The notes below the pieces were generated by a model. It was not told the DNA's origin and did no database searches. It was given only the letters and a program-made list of their open reading frames with translations. From NCBI GenBank assembly GCA_043228905.1, contig JBHGNT010000011.1:1054001-1118000 (forward strand): DNA of 64,000 bases, written 5' to 3'. Of the stretch, positions 1-11,566 are shown in pieces. Source of the stretch: Azolla caroliniana (Eukaryota > Plantae > Polypodiophyta). Numbering within the stretch: the first letter of the stretch is position 1; every line of letters starts with the position of its first letter. The position numbers and the translations under genes were made by a program.

Positions 1-77
1 CAGCTTGAGGCCAAAATACTCATTTACATGCAAAAAAACAACAAAACTGAAAAGAGAACGTAAACATACACAATGGA

Positions 78-395
78 GCATATCAAACTTTTTATTGAGA
101 CACTAACTTCTCGCCATTTTAGTGACATTCGCAATACTACAATGTTTAGCTTTGTTCATTTTCACATGCTCTTTATAAGCTCTTTCATTCATTTTTCACT
201 TGTCTTTTCTCATCCAATGATTGAATGGTAGTACATAACGGCATATATCAACCTTATTTGAGGATATACTAGCTTTTCATAATTTTAGTGATATCCAAGA
301 TATTATATTTTCTATTGGTTTTGCTCATTTTTACATGGCTTTTATAAGCCCTCTCATGCATTTTTTACTAGTCTCTATTCATCTAATTATTCAAT
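78..395. repeat. Diverged ~165-bp tandem duplication
   Basis: 78-235 (gcatatcaaac...ttttagtgacatt...ttttcacatgctctttataagc...tgaatggt) aligns by eye with 241-395 (gcatatatcaacc...ttttagtgatatcc...tttacatggcttttataagc...tcaatggt). Confidence 0.65.
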
Positions 396-429
396 GGTTT
401 TGTGGGTTTTGGAAGATTGTATTCTTTTT

Positions 430-1797
430 TATTAAAGGACGGCTAATCATAATTCATATAGTTGGGAGGAGGATCATGTTCTAGTCATTCTTTACGTTAA
501 ATCTGAACAATGTCCCTTTCCATACTATGCTGAACAGAAGAAAAGAAAGTCTATTCTGCTCCACCCCATAGAATCAGGATACAAAGTTCTGCTCCACCCA
601 TAGCATACATATGCATCATATGCATATGTATGCATAGGTCTCATCAGCTAAAAAAGTAGCACATAAAATGTCCTCAACATCTAACAGCTCCTCTACGATT
701 ACATTAGAGGCCAAATTGGCCTTCTCTTTGTCCTTTTGGCTGTCATGTGCATCAATCTTGTCCTTTTTCTTATCTCTAGAATTCTTCTTTCTTTCGAGTT
801 CTACTTTGTAATAGTGGCAATCAAGTTTCTTGTGGCCTTTCCTGCAACATTGATAATGTTACATCATTGCTTTTACCTTTGCTGCTATTTCCCCTTTCCT
901 TGCGTCTACTTTTGTTCCTGTATACATAGTTACTTCTCTTATCTGTCCTACCTCTAACCATGTTGGCTGAGCTACCACCTTCTCCACTTACTTTTCTCTT
1001 GATCTCTTCATTGCGTATGGAAACCCTAACACCATCAAAGGTCAAGTTGGAGTCATAATATCTCCCATGAGTCGAGTAGTGTCATAAGCAAGAAAATGGC
1101 TCTGAGCTTGTCATCAAAAGGAGCCATTCTTGAGACTCATCCAGTTGCAAGCCAACAAGCTTTCGCATCAAATGTACTTGATGAACATGCGTAGTGTTTT
1201 CATATGTAGCCTTCAGCTTAGCAAATAGTTCAGAAGTAGATACCAAGCCTTTGAGATCCACCAAATCTCATCGGAAATAGCCATCTTAATATATGTGATG
1301 TTGGGAATAAAGGGCCATTGTGCACGAGTGTGAACGTACTCGTAGCACATTTTTGACTTGTATATACATAATATCTAAAAACCAAAAAAGTGGTACACTC
1401 TTCGTACCCAAGACAGCGTGCATCCCTCTCTCTCTCTCTCTCTCTCTCTCTCAGACTCTCTCCATCTCTGGTTGACCTAAACCCTAATCCTCGTGCTGCC
1501 CCTTCATGTGACAGCCTTTTTGTTCAAAATTCGCCATACATCTTCCTACATGTTCTCTGGTTTTTCTGCATCCAATGCCCTGTCACAATCCTTCAAAAAG
1601 AGAACTCCTGGGCTCCAAAACATCACAAGAGAAATTCTGGGGAAAAATAAGTAATTTTGGGCACAAAAACAGATCTCTAAATTTTCTGCCCAAAGAATTT
1701 CAGAACCTTAATCTTTACTGTACAACAACCTGTGCAGCAGTTCTGAAACCCTAAATCTGCTCTGATACCAGTTGAAAGGGTCAGAAATTGTCAATAA
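430..1797 (-). mobile_element. Degenerate Ty1/Copia element A: LTR stub, tRNA-Met PBS, gag with zinc knuckle, protease remnant; split by a solo LTR
   Basis: PBS TGGTATCAGAGC on minus strand at 1759-1770. Gag reads ...DRALDAEKPENM*EDVWRILNKKAVT | YIKMAISDEI.VDLKGL...LFAKLKATYEN across the 1299-1506 insertion. Frameshifted knuckle YQCCRKGHKKLDC at ~810-850. Confidence 0.85.
1299..1506 (+). mobile_element. Solo LTR (208 bp, Copia family B) with 5-bp TSD TGTGA
   Basis: Begins TGTTGGG at 1299 and ends CA at 1506. TGTGA at 1294-1298 and 1507-1511. Removing it restores Copia A gag. Contains a (CT)n tract. Confidence 0.9.
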
Positions 1798-1819
1798 GGC
1801 TGAGAAACACTCAGGGTTT

Positions 1820-2054
1820 TAGGTGTAGCAATAGAGTGATGGCTGGCAAGAACATTGAGCTTGTCAAAGTACATACAAATAATAATCCTGCAAATCTTCT
1901 CAAGAAGGGTCTTCCCACTGAGCGATTTGCTCATTTCCGATAGATGATGGGAGTTGGATAGATGTATGTAGTTCAGCTTTGTACATACTTGGACTTAGCT
2001 GACTTTCTTTTTTCCTTTTTTATTCTCACGGCATATTGCCTTTAGGTGGGAGGT
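1820..2054 (+). mobile_element. Copia family B 3' end: RNase H C-terminus and polypurine tract
   Basis: Translates RVMAGKNIELVKVHTNNNPANLLKKGLPTERFAHFR*MMGVG* (Copia RNase H end). Purine-rich AGGTGGGAGG lies just before the LTR start at 2055. Confidence 0.8.
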
Positions 2055-2187
2055 TGTTGGGAATAAAGGGCCATCCTGCCTTTTATTAGTGCACAGGTGT
2101 GAACGCACTCGTAGCACATATTCGACTTGTTTATACATAATATCTAAAAACCAAAAAAGTGGTACAGTCTTCATACCCAAGACAGCG

Positions 2188-2228
<41 letters not shown>

Positions 2229-2232
<4 letters not shown>

Positions 2233-4358
2233 GAGACTAAACCACGTCTTTTACGACTATGTTTTTGGAATTGCAATGGATACCCATGGAATGCGGGATT
2301 CGGCATAGAGGAGTTCATCGATGACTCGGATATCACACTTCTTGTTGAAACATGGGAGCATGATACTCAAAGGATTCAAGGTTTAGGAAACTATAATGTA
2401 CACTCTTTGATATGGGAGAAATCCAAGACAAAGAAGAGGACAAGGAGGGGTGGCATGTTTGATTAAGAAGGAAAAAACATTAAGAAGGAAATAGAGAAAT
2501 ATGTGTCAATCGTAAAAAATGATGAACATAAATGCTATATATGGCTCAAAATAGAAACACCTAATGATTTACCCACTTTTGTCGTTGGATGTTACATTCC
2601 TCATCAAGATTCTAACTTCTATGCTTGTTTGGATAAAGATCAACCTTTTGCAAATCTAGAAGATGATATTGCTTATCTCAAATCCAAAGGGGAAGTTATT
2701 GTCTTTGGTGACATGAATGCTCGTACAAGAAGTATCCAACTTGATTCACAAGAATATTTCATGCCACATATCTCAAGGATGCAAGAGGATATGCAAATGT
2801 ATAGTCGATCTTCTAGCGATGAAAAAGATCCAGACCAATTTGGGAAACTACTCCTACAAATGTGCAATAGTACCAAATTGCTTATTGCAAATGGTGTTTC
2901 ATTATGGCCCAATACTAACGGCTTTACATGTAGAAAACACAATGGAAATAGTGTGATTAACTATGTGCTACTTTCCGAAGGTATTTTGGATCATATACAT
3001 AAATTCTCATTGGGGGAATGGACACCGGAATCCGATCATAGGAATTTATGTATTGATCTCAAATGTATGCATAGGTTTGATTGCGAGAAGGTCATTGAAG
3101 ATAGTAAACAAACGCACTTGAGCATGAATCTTAAGCAGGCGCTCATGTATTCCAAGATGGTTGGGGATATGTTACAAATGACAAAGACACAACATGGTGC
3201 CACACTAGAATGCAAATGGGAAGCTTTTAAGAATGTCATTTTCTCTTGTACAAACAAATGTTTTTCGACCAACCGCACATCATGGAAATGCACCAAGAAA
3301 TGTAAGAAAAAATGTTTTTCGACCAATCGCTTAGAGGTGGGTAAGCAAGCATGTTATGCATTTGAGAACACATGCAATCTTGGAGATATTAAGTGTTGGG
3401 TCCCCAAGAAATATCTTTTTGACACTTTTGTGACCCCGGTTCTTCTCTATGGGGTGGTGGTATTCCTAAATCTACGTGGAAAGAGTTTGAAAATGTCCAA
3501 AAACATTTTCTTACAAAGTTTCTACAAGTTAAGAAACAAACGCCCTACACCCTCCTCCTTGAGACGGGATCGCTTCCCATTGAGATCATGGCCATGGAAA
3601 GGGTTGTTAAATACATGCTTATGGTTCAAAAAAGCCCCTCACATCGACTTCCTAGAATTGCATGGGAAGCAAGCAAAAAGATCCAAAAGACGCATAAAAG
3701 CAAAATTTTGTGTTCCGGTTGGATGCAAGATTTAGAAAAATGGTTTGGTAGATGGGATGCAAGACACTTGCTTCATGATGCGTCACTAGATTCCTCTGTA
3801 AATGAGGCCTTTTTGCAACGCCAATGTATCATGACATGGGACAAATGTGGTGGCTCACACTTCACACATTATACTACAAATGTTGCACCTAACTACAAAA
3901 CCATATTCTTGCGGAACGGGGAAGCCGTACACATCGATACATGTTAGAGCCCATCCCAATATCTGCCATTCGAACCATTGCTTCCATGCGACTTAGCTCG
4001 CATGCATTGAGATGTGAGACGGGGCGTTGGGGCACAAGTGATGAGAGTGGCCGACTATGCACACTTTGCCCTAAACAAGTTCGAGAGTCTGAGTATCACA
4101 CTTTGATACAATGCTCTACCTTTGATCATATTCGACCATGCTTTCCACATTTCTTCGATCGAGCCCAATCCTTGCACGAATTTCTCTCACAACCATGATG
4201 TGCACTCTCGATTGCAACATTCATTGGTAAAGTTCTTGAACATCAAGAGTCGCTACTCACCTTCACACGCATCACGTGAAATGTAATATTTTTGGTCTCA
4301 TAGGTCATATTTGACCTCCAAAGACGATAATATAATCTATCTATCTATCTATCTATCT
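2229..4358 (+). mobile_element. RTEX/RTE-group LINE copy 1: 5'-truncated, APE endonuclease plus C-terminal CCHC, RT core deleted
   Basis: APE motifs LCFWNCNG, LVETW, FGDMNART, SVINY, SDH. C-terminal RLSSHALRCETGRW...CTLC...ESEYH.LIQC. (CTAT)n tail at 4337-4358. Inserted in the LTR's (CT)n tract. No YADD region is present. Confidence 0.85.
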
Positions 4359-4364
4359 CTCCCT

Positions 4365-7300
4365 TTGTTTTTTTTTTCATGAAAACACAATTATATTAAT
4401 AAATGTGTGTAAAAAACACTACTTATAATGGGTGTGACAATGGAATATGGTCACCCACTAACTACACTGCATGGGTAGTGGAACATGTTGAATTGTCAAT
4501 AGGCAAGACGAACACTCCACGGAAGAAAGAATTTCCACTTGCTCCAATAAAGAAAATTGACACATTAGTACTCCCTTCTTTGATTTTGGGTCAACCTGTG
4601 TAAATTGTGCAAACACCCATTTTCTAGGTGTCAAATGACATCGTTATAAAACTTGCCAAATATAAGAAATGTAACTCCAAATCTGACAAGCAATTGGACA
4701 TTGTATAAATCGATGAGTACTATCTTCCATTTGAACAGTGCAAAAGCAACAATTACCCGTTACTAATCCACAACACTTTAGAGCTAATCCCAAAGGCAAT
4801 CCTCCAATCAAAACTCTCCAAATGAAGACCTTTGCTACAAGTGGCAATTTAGAATGCCAACTACGTTGTAAGATTTGCCACCACCCATGATCAGATTTGT
4901 GTAATCTCCATTCTTCTTCGGCCTTAGATGATAACCATCCAAGAGACTCAACAGAGCAATGATACAAAAGATTAGTAGTCACTTGTAACAATGATGTTTG
5001 ACCCTTTAAACACCAATCAAGCCACGATTGTTCTCCTGTTTGTAGAGGTAAGTGACCTTGCATCAATGGAATATTTTGCAGTTGTTGTCAAATAAACACA
5101 TAATTAGGCGGAATGCCTAATAATTGTCGCGCTTCAGCAAACTCCAAAATTCTTTGAGATGGAGCCTCAACTATATCTCCCACCTCTTTGAACCCCAAAC
5201 GAAACAAACGATTAAATTGAGAGCGCAATCTCTCCTTTCCTGGCCAACATATCAACCGAGAAGACACAAGCAACTCTTTTTGCAAAGAATTACAATGCTC
5301 TCTACTAGATGATGGTTTCCATACACATAACAAGAGTGCTTCTTGCCATGAGGTAACCAAGTGTTGAACACATGTAGAGCCCAGAATCCTACGTGAAATA
5401 CATCCATTCAATAATTGCCACCATGAAGGCTTAATCGTTGTCCTCCCATGTTTTAAACCCTTGTTCTCAATGAAATATCGAACAATAGATATCCATGGTT
5501 GTGAGTTTGAACACATATCTTATAATAATGAAAATCTGTGAGCCATCATATGCTTAGATAAGTTCAATATTCCAGCTCCCCCCAAGCGGTTAGGGGTTGC
5601 TAGATGATTCCATGCAACCCAAGTGATTCCCATCTTATCCCTCTTCTTCCACAACAAATATCGAAGAGGTTGAAAAATAGAATGCAAAGCCTTCTTTGTC
5701 CATGGCAACAATGGCAAGTAATATAATATCATGGGTTCCATAATACATTGTACAACCTTCAAGTGTACATGAAATGGCCAAGATTGTGACTTCCAATACA
5801 TGAACTTATCCCTCAACTTACTAGACATCCATTCAATCAATTGACCATTTGTAACCTTCATTCCTAATGGATAGCCCAAGTGTCGAAAAATAGAGCCTTT
5901 CTTGACCACGAATCCTTGCCATCCTAAACATTCCAAATCCCTTTCAGTACATGATATGAGACTAGACTTCCTCCAATTAATATGCAATCCAGAAGCCATC
6001 CCAATCGGGGCTCTTACCACTAGGAAGATGCCTTAAAACTTTCTCCACCTCATCCTCAGTGAAATCCGCATCCAATTAATGACTAATGACGTCATGCACA
6101 ATACATCCAACCACATCATAAAACTCATGACATGCTCTACTCACCTCATTTGTCATTAACAATTGTGGGCCAATCAACTCCTTAAAGTAATGAACACATA
6201 TGTCAATTATTGTAGTAGGATCCACTATCCATTCATCCCCTTGCTTCACATGTACCGCATTAGATCGAGTATAAGTAGGATGTAACGCTTGGAAAAACAA
6301 ATGAGATTGACATTGATTATCTATGAGCCCATCCCTCAATTGTCGCACCTTTGCATAACTTTGGCATTGCAACTGAGAAATAATAACATGCAATTGACTT
6401 TGGATATCCAAAAGCTCCTCATCTAATGGTGTATGTATTAATAATGCATTACACCTAGAGAGAACTTGTGAGAATCGTCGAAGAAGACCTCTTCTTCGTT
6501 GAGCATTAGTTACTCTATACATACGATGAATGATCTTAATGTTTCGTAATGTGATTTCCCATGCTTTAACTCCTTTAAGATTCACTTCTTGTGAAAAATT
6601 TACCAAAATTTGCTCCATGAGAGAATCAAAGTGAGGTTGAAGCAAAAGAGAAGAGTTAAAGCGTAATGGAGGCTTTCCAAGTAAAGACTTATACATGTCA
6701 ATTGCATGACCAGAAACCTCCAAACAAATAGGGAAGTGATCTAAAGTTCCTACATCTTGTAAAACTATCGTACGAAGTGATGTCGGTAAAAAAGAATCAT
6801 TGTGCATCACATACATTCTATCTAACCGACTCCATGTTTGTCTATGTTGAGCAGATTGGAAAGTAAAACCTGGATCATTCCCATGCAACCATGTCCAAAC
6901 ATCCAACTTTAGAACCTCCATAGCCAATGAATCCCAAGCAAGTTGCTCAGTATCATCCATGATTGAATGTTCAAACGTAGATTGAGATGTATCAACACAC
7001 ATGTTAAATTCACCCATAAGTAATACTAGACGACCCACACATAGGGTTTGACGAAGTGCGCCCCATAATGCAATATGTTGCGTGACTTGGTTAGGGGCAT
7101 AAATCCCAACCACCCACACAACCTCGCCAAAAAAAGTGATTTCTAGAACCAAAAACCAACCATAAGGATCACTATGCACCACTTGAGGATAATATTTATC
7201 CCGCACGATTAATACCAAACCTGAATAATGATTATTAAGATGTCCTGCATAGAATGATGAATATCCACGCAAATGAACTGTGGATCCTGCAAACTCATGA

Positions 7301-7740
7301 CACTTATGCTCAATTGCACATAATACATCCCATTCTTTATTTAACAAAGTTTGCCATAATATATACTTCTTATGAGGAGAACATGCCCCTCTCACATTCC
7401 ATGTTACCACTTTCATTCAATCAACAATGTTATGGGCCCACTTGCTCCTTCAGAGCAACCGATGTCATGAAACTAGTCAAAGCATGTTCAAATGCTGTAT
7501 ATGGATTTTCATGCACCACATCCTTAGGGCCGTCTATCGAAATCTTTTGTTTAGGTTCTCCCGCTTGACGAAAACCTCGAGAATTCGATGAGATTACAAC
7601 CAGTCCCAATGAATCAAACTGAAGGTGAAGGGGTAATCCCTTATCCCTAAATTGTCTTTGCCAAGGAACTTTTCGAGGACCCTCCCTAGTTCCTGAATTA
7701 CCTTTCCAAGTAGTCTCACGAGTAGTGGGCAAACTCACTG
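4365..7740 (-). mobile_element. L1-clade LINE, degenerate: ORF1 end, APE endonuclease, zf-RVT; RT core deleted
   Basis: ORF 6076-7416 has MKVVTWNVRG...GIYAPN...GEFN...SRLDR...LDH. ASGLHINWRKS, HLGYPLG and GGAGI at 5520-6020. KVFIWR...CCFC...EDSTHRFIQC at 4644-5066. Poly-A (T-run) at 4368-4377. Confidence 0.9.
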
Positions 7741-7795
7741 AGACTCTCTCCCTCTCTAGTTGACCTACACCCTAATCCTCATGCTGCCCCTTTCA

Positions 7796-8258
7796 TGTGA
7801 CAGCCTTTTTGTTCAAAATTTGCCATGCATCTTCTTACATGTTCTCTGGTTTTTCTGCCTCTAATGCCCTATCACAATCCTTCCAAAAGAGAATTCATGC
7901 ATTCTCTCCTTCAACAAGTCAAAACCCGTTCCCTCAAATCGTCGAATCTCAAATAGATTCTTCACATTTGAGGAGGAGGATGCCATAGTTGCACAGTGAA
8001 GAGGTTAACCTACTGGAATTTTAGGTCAAATGCACCAAAATCAGAGACTAACCTCAATAAACATTGCACCACGGCTCCAAAACGTCACAAGAGAAATTCT
8101 GGGCAAAAATAAGTAATTTTGAACACAAAAACTGATCTCTAAATTTTCTGCCCAAAAAATTTCAGAACCTTAATCTTTGTTGTACAACAACCTGCGCAGC
8201 AGTTTTGAAACCCTAAATCTGCTCTGATACCAGTTGAAAGGGTCAGAAATTGTCAATA
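7796..8258 (-). mobile_element. Second copy of Copia A 5' region (LTR stub, PBS-Met, gag N-terminus)
   Basis: PBS at 8221-8232. Gag start MASSSSNVKNLFEIRRFEGTGFDL.KERM...DCDRALEAEKPENM*EDAWQILNKKAVT. Homologous to 1507-1797 but retains ~180 bp missing there. Confidence 0.85.
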
Positions 8259-8861
8259 GGGGACAACAACTAGCAGTGAGACCCATGCAGTCCGTTCGAT
8301 GGGTTATATTATACTAGCCAATAACATCTTTTTTATTTCAGTATGCAGTATGCATTCACAAGTTGGGGTCTTCACCATATTGATCATGCATTTGTCCTCA
8401 TGGGGATAGTATGGGATACTACCTCTAGAGGCATGCCTTTCATGTCTTCGTAGCCCCATGTGAATACATCTTTGAATTCTTGTGAGAGTCTTATTAGGGT
8501 ATCTTTGTCTACTTGGGGGAAGTCCATGGCAATAAACACTAGTTTTTGATTCCCTTTATCTCCCAAGTTGATTCTCTTTACTGTTGCAGGACCGTCACAT
8601 GTTGTACCTAGTGATTATGTTGTTTGTTGCGATCCGCAACACACAAAGGAGCGAGACTCTTGCTCATATTGTTGAAATATGCAAGAAAATCTGCTTCCTC
8701 TGGTACTTTTGGTGCTTGTGTAGGGGAATCGCAAGTTTTGAGGTGAAGGGTTGTTGGTGCAGCTTTGGTCCCCCAGAGTCTTGGTATGGCATTTAGGAAT
8801 TTTTAACACATTTGATGACCCTTGTATCTTGGTGCGCCATTTTGGCTTTGTAAGGTTTAGG

Positions 8862-9235
8862 CTGATTGGGTGTATAGGGTCATTGCGTATCTCTTCTTCC
8901 TCAACTCTCAGTACAGTAGGTATAGGAGTGAGGTTAAAACAAGACAATGTTTGACCATCTTCATCATAGCGTTGGATCTTGTTAGGTTGACTGGGCATAT
9001 AGGGTCATTGAGTATCTCTGCTTCCTCAACTCTCAGTACAGTGGGTATAGGCGTGAGGTTAAGACAAAAAAATGTTGACATCTTCATCACAGCATTGGAT
9101 CCCATTAGGCTGACTGGGCATATAGGGTCATTGAGTATCTCTTCTTCCTTAACTCTCAGTACAGTGGGTATAGGCGTGAGGTTAAAACAAGACAATGTTT
9201 GAGCATCTTCATCACAGCATTGGATCCTGATTGGG
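8862..9235. repeat. ~123-bp tandem repeat x3 inside the Gypsy element
   Basis: Unit tatagggtcattg.gtatctct.cttcct.aactctcagtacagt.ggtatagg.gtgaggttaa recurs at ~8873, ~8998 and ~9121. Confidence 0.9.
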
Positions 9236-10181
9236 TACATTGCGTCGGCAGTTGGTAAGGCGTGCATCCAGTTCATATTTGACCATGTTGACATGGTGGA
9301 CTTAGCATCGTTGTGAGCCTTAACCAACATTCGAGGTCACAGTTGAATGCTTGGTTCCTCGCAAGTATAGTTGTTATTTTACTTCCTTTGGTGGGGTGGT
9401 ATGCAAGGAGGTTTGTTTCAAATTCAGGGGTAGCCTAGTGGGTGTCCATCAGGGGGATTCCTTCTTGTTAGACCTTTTGTGTGTAGAGTAAATTCTATAG
9501 GTCTTATTGTTTTTCCTCATGTAGATTGTGTCATTGTCGAAGTCCATGACCAACCTATTTACTCTAAGGAAGAGTCTCCCAAATAGGCAATCATATGCTA
9601 CTTGATTAGTGGGCCTTGTTACTATGAAGGTGATGGAAAACTCGATTCCATATATCAAGAATTTATGGGAGGCACCATACCCTCAGTTAGCTTAATTGAC
9701 CCATCAGCCATTCGTAGCTTAACATCGGAGAGGAGCATTTCTGGCCTGCCCTGCCAACAATGCAGCTAATTACATTGACCCTTGCACCAGTGTTGATTAT
9801 GGCGGATATTGTGACGTTATTTACGCCGACAGGCAAGGTGACACTTGTGTCATCACTTTTGAAATGGGGTTTGAGCATATCAATTTGGAAACCTTCATTG
9901 TGTTCTTTTTATTGATTATTTCAGCAGCTAGAGGATTTGTGAGAACCGGTTCCCCATACCCGGCCAAGAGCTAACCATTAAGTCTTTTGAGTACATCGTG
10001 CAACAGTTGCAGGTCCAGTTTTAACACCTCTTGTGTGAGTTCAACTTCTTTGGATAATAAGTAGTTAAAATTATGGTTGGGGGTTCCACGGACCCCCATC
10101 GCTCCATACACTTATTGTAGAGATATTTTTACTTTTAGTGCAAGGAGTTGTTGCAAGAGTGCCAAGTTAACCTCTTTAGGG

Positions 10182-10442
10182 GGTGTCTCTATGTATGATA
10201 GGGTTTTGGTGGCTGGGTGGTGTTCATCGTTTATTATTTTAGGTTGACCTTGAATAGTGGCCCAGCTTTAGAGTTGGCAAAAAGCTTAGGCTTGGTTTGT
10301 TAGGCATCTATTGTTTTTAGTGGTGTCTCTATGTATGATAGGGTTTTGGTGGCTGGGAGGTGTTCATCATTTATTATTTTAGGTTGACTTGGAATAGTGG
10401 CCCAGCTTTAGAGTTGGCAAAAAGCTTAGGCTTGGTTTGTTT
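10182..10442. repeat. 140-bp tandem duplication
   Basis: ggtgtctctatgtatgatagggttttggtggctggg...aaagcttaggcttggtttgtt at 10182 and 10322. Confidence 0.9.
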
Positions 10443-10458
10443 GTTGACATATTTTGGT

Positions 10459-10589
10459 AGTGATGTGTGTGAACACACTTAGGACAGTGATGTGTGAACA
10501 TACTTAGGATAGTGATGTGTGTGAACATATTTAGGACAGTAATGTGTGAACACACTTAGGACAATGATGTGTGTGAACATACTTAGGAC
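10459..10589. repeat. Minisatellite of alternating 27/25-bp units (5 units)
   Basis: agtgatgtgtgtgaacacacttaggac / agtgatgtgtgaacatacttaggat / 27 / 25 / 27. Confidence 0.85.
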
Positions 10590-11368
10590 TACAGGGGCAT
10601 TTTTTCCCTCTTTAGGAGGTTTTTTCCCCCTGTCTAAAAATACTCTTACAACCCTAAAGTGGTGTAGGTTTTTGGGATTCAAAATAAGAATCCAACATTG
10701 TTGGTTTCTTTTCGGAATAGCTTGATGTACTCTGACATTTGCCCCTATTGTCAAGGGTGTGACTGACAAAAGCTTCGTGTCAATTTGTCTCCCACAACCT
10801 GAACATGAGGCTTCGCATTGGAACCAAGCAAATAGGTCTTGGGCTTGTTGGTCTGAAGAAGTCGAAGGTCTTGTGAGTAATGGCACCTTATTATAGTTGT
10901 ACCAGGGTCAATATGTCATTTGGTTATAATATTCATTCTTCGTCAAACACTAGCTAACCATGTGCGGGCCTTGACAATTCAAGCCGCCATGGTGTGCTTC
11001 CGTGCCACATTGGTTGACCTCTTTGCTCATTCCACAGTACAAAGACGAGGATCAGATCTCCTTCATAATCGACAAAGTGGGAGAGACCTCTTCGGCCATA
11101 TATTCGACATAGGATATAGGCTCTTGTGATTGTAGGAGGTCGAGCTCCCCACAAACTGAGCAAATTCGCTGGGCTCCTACTCGAAGGAGAGCTGGTTGTT
11201 GAGGTAGGATTGGGGGTGGGATTGGACAGCTTGTACTAGGTAGTGACCTAGCATGTTCTACTACAAGTAGCATTACAAAAGTTTTGCATCATTTTCAATA
11301 TTGTGGCCTCTTTTGGTGTAAGTATGGGCGTACCCCTTCTGACCATTTCTCTTGTTGCATACCCCTTC

Positions 11369-11566
11369 GGCCTGTCAACTTTTGTGGGCGAGTGACCGGG
11401 TTTGGTGTGGGTTCGGGTTGTTCCAGCTTGTTTGTAGGTGCCTGTGTTGGCACTTGGAGTCCTCGAACGTCATGCAGGCCTGTCAACTTTTGTGGGTGAG
11501 TGACCGGGTTTGGTGTGGGTTCGGGTTGTTCAAGCTTGTTTGTAGGTGCCTGTGTTGGCACTTGGC
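11369..11566. repeat. 108-bp in-frame tandem duplication in the Gypsy gag region
   Basis: Peptide QVPTQAPTNKLEQPEPTPNPVT.PQKLTG occurs twice in ORF 11295-11669. Confidence 0.9.

Larger units (their letters stand above)
2055..7795 (+). mobile_element. 3' LTR of Copia family B, split by two nested LINEs (LTR halves 2055-~2228 and ~7741-7795)
   Basis: 2055-2190 matches solo LTR 1299-1425. 7741-7795 matches 1453-1506, ends in CA and is followed by TGTGA at 7796-7800. Confidence 0.85.

Noticed and set aside
1748-1754. Telomere-like ACCCTAA motifs (also ~1481, ~8210, ~24017)
   Set aside because: Isolated single units, not arrays.
2229-2245. Both RTEX-like copies sharing an identical 5' end
   Set aside because: Copy 2 plausibly continues upstream to an ORF1, so the shared point is just where copy 1 is truncated.
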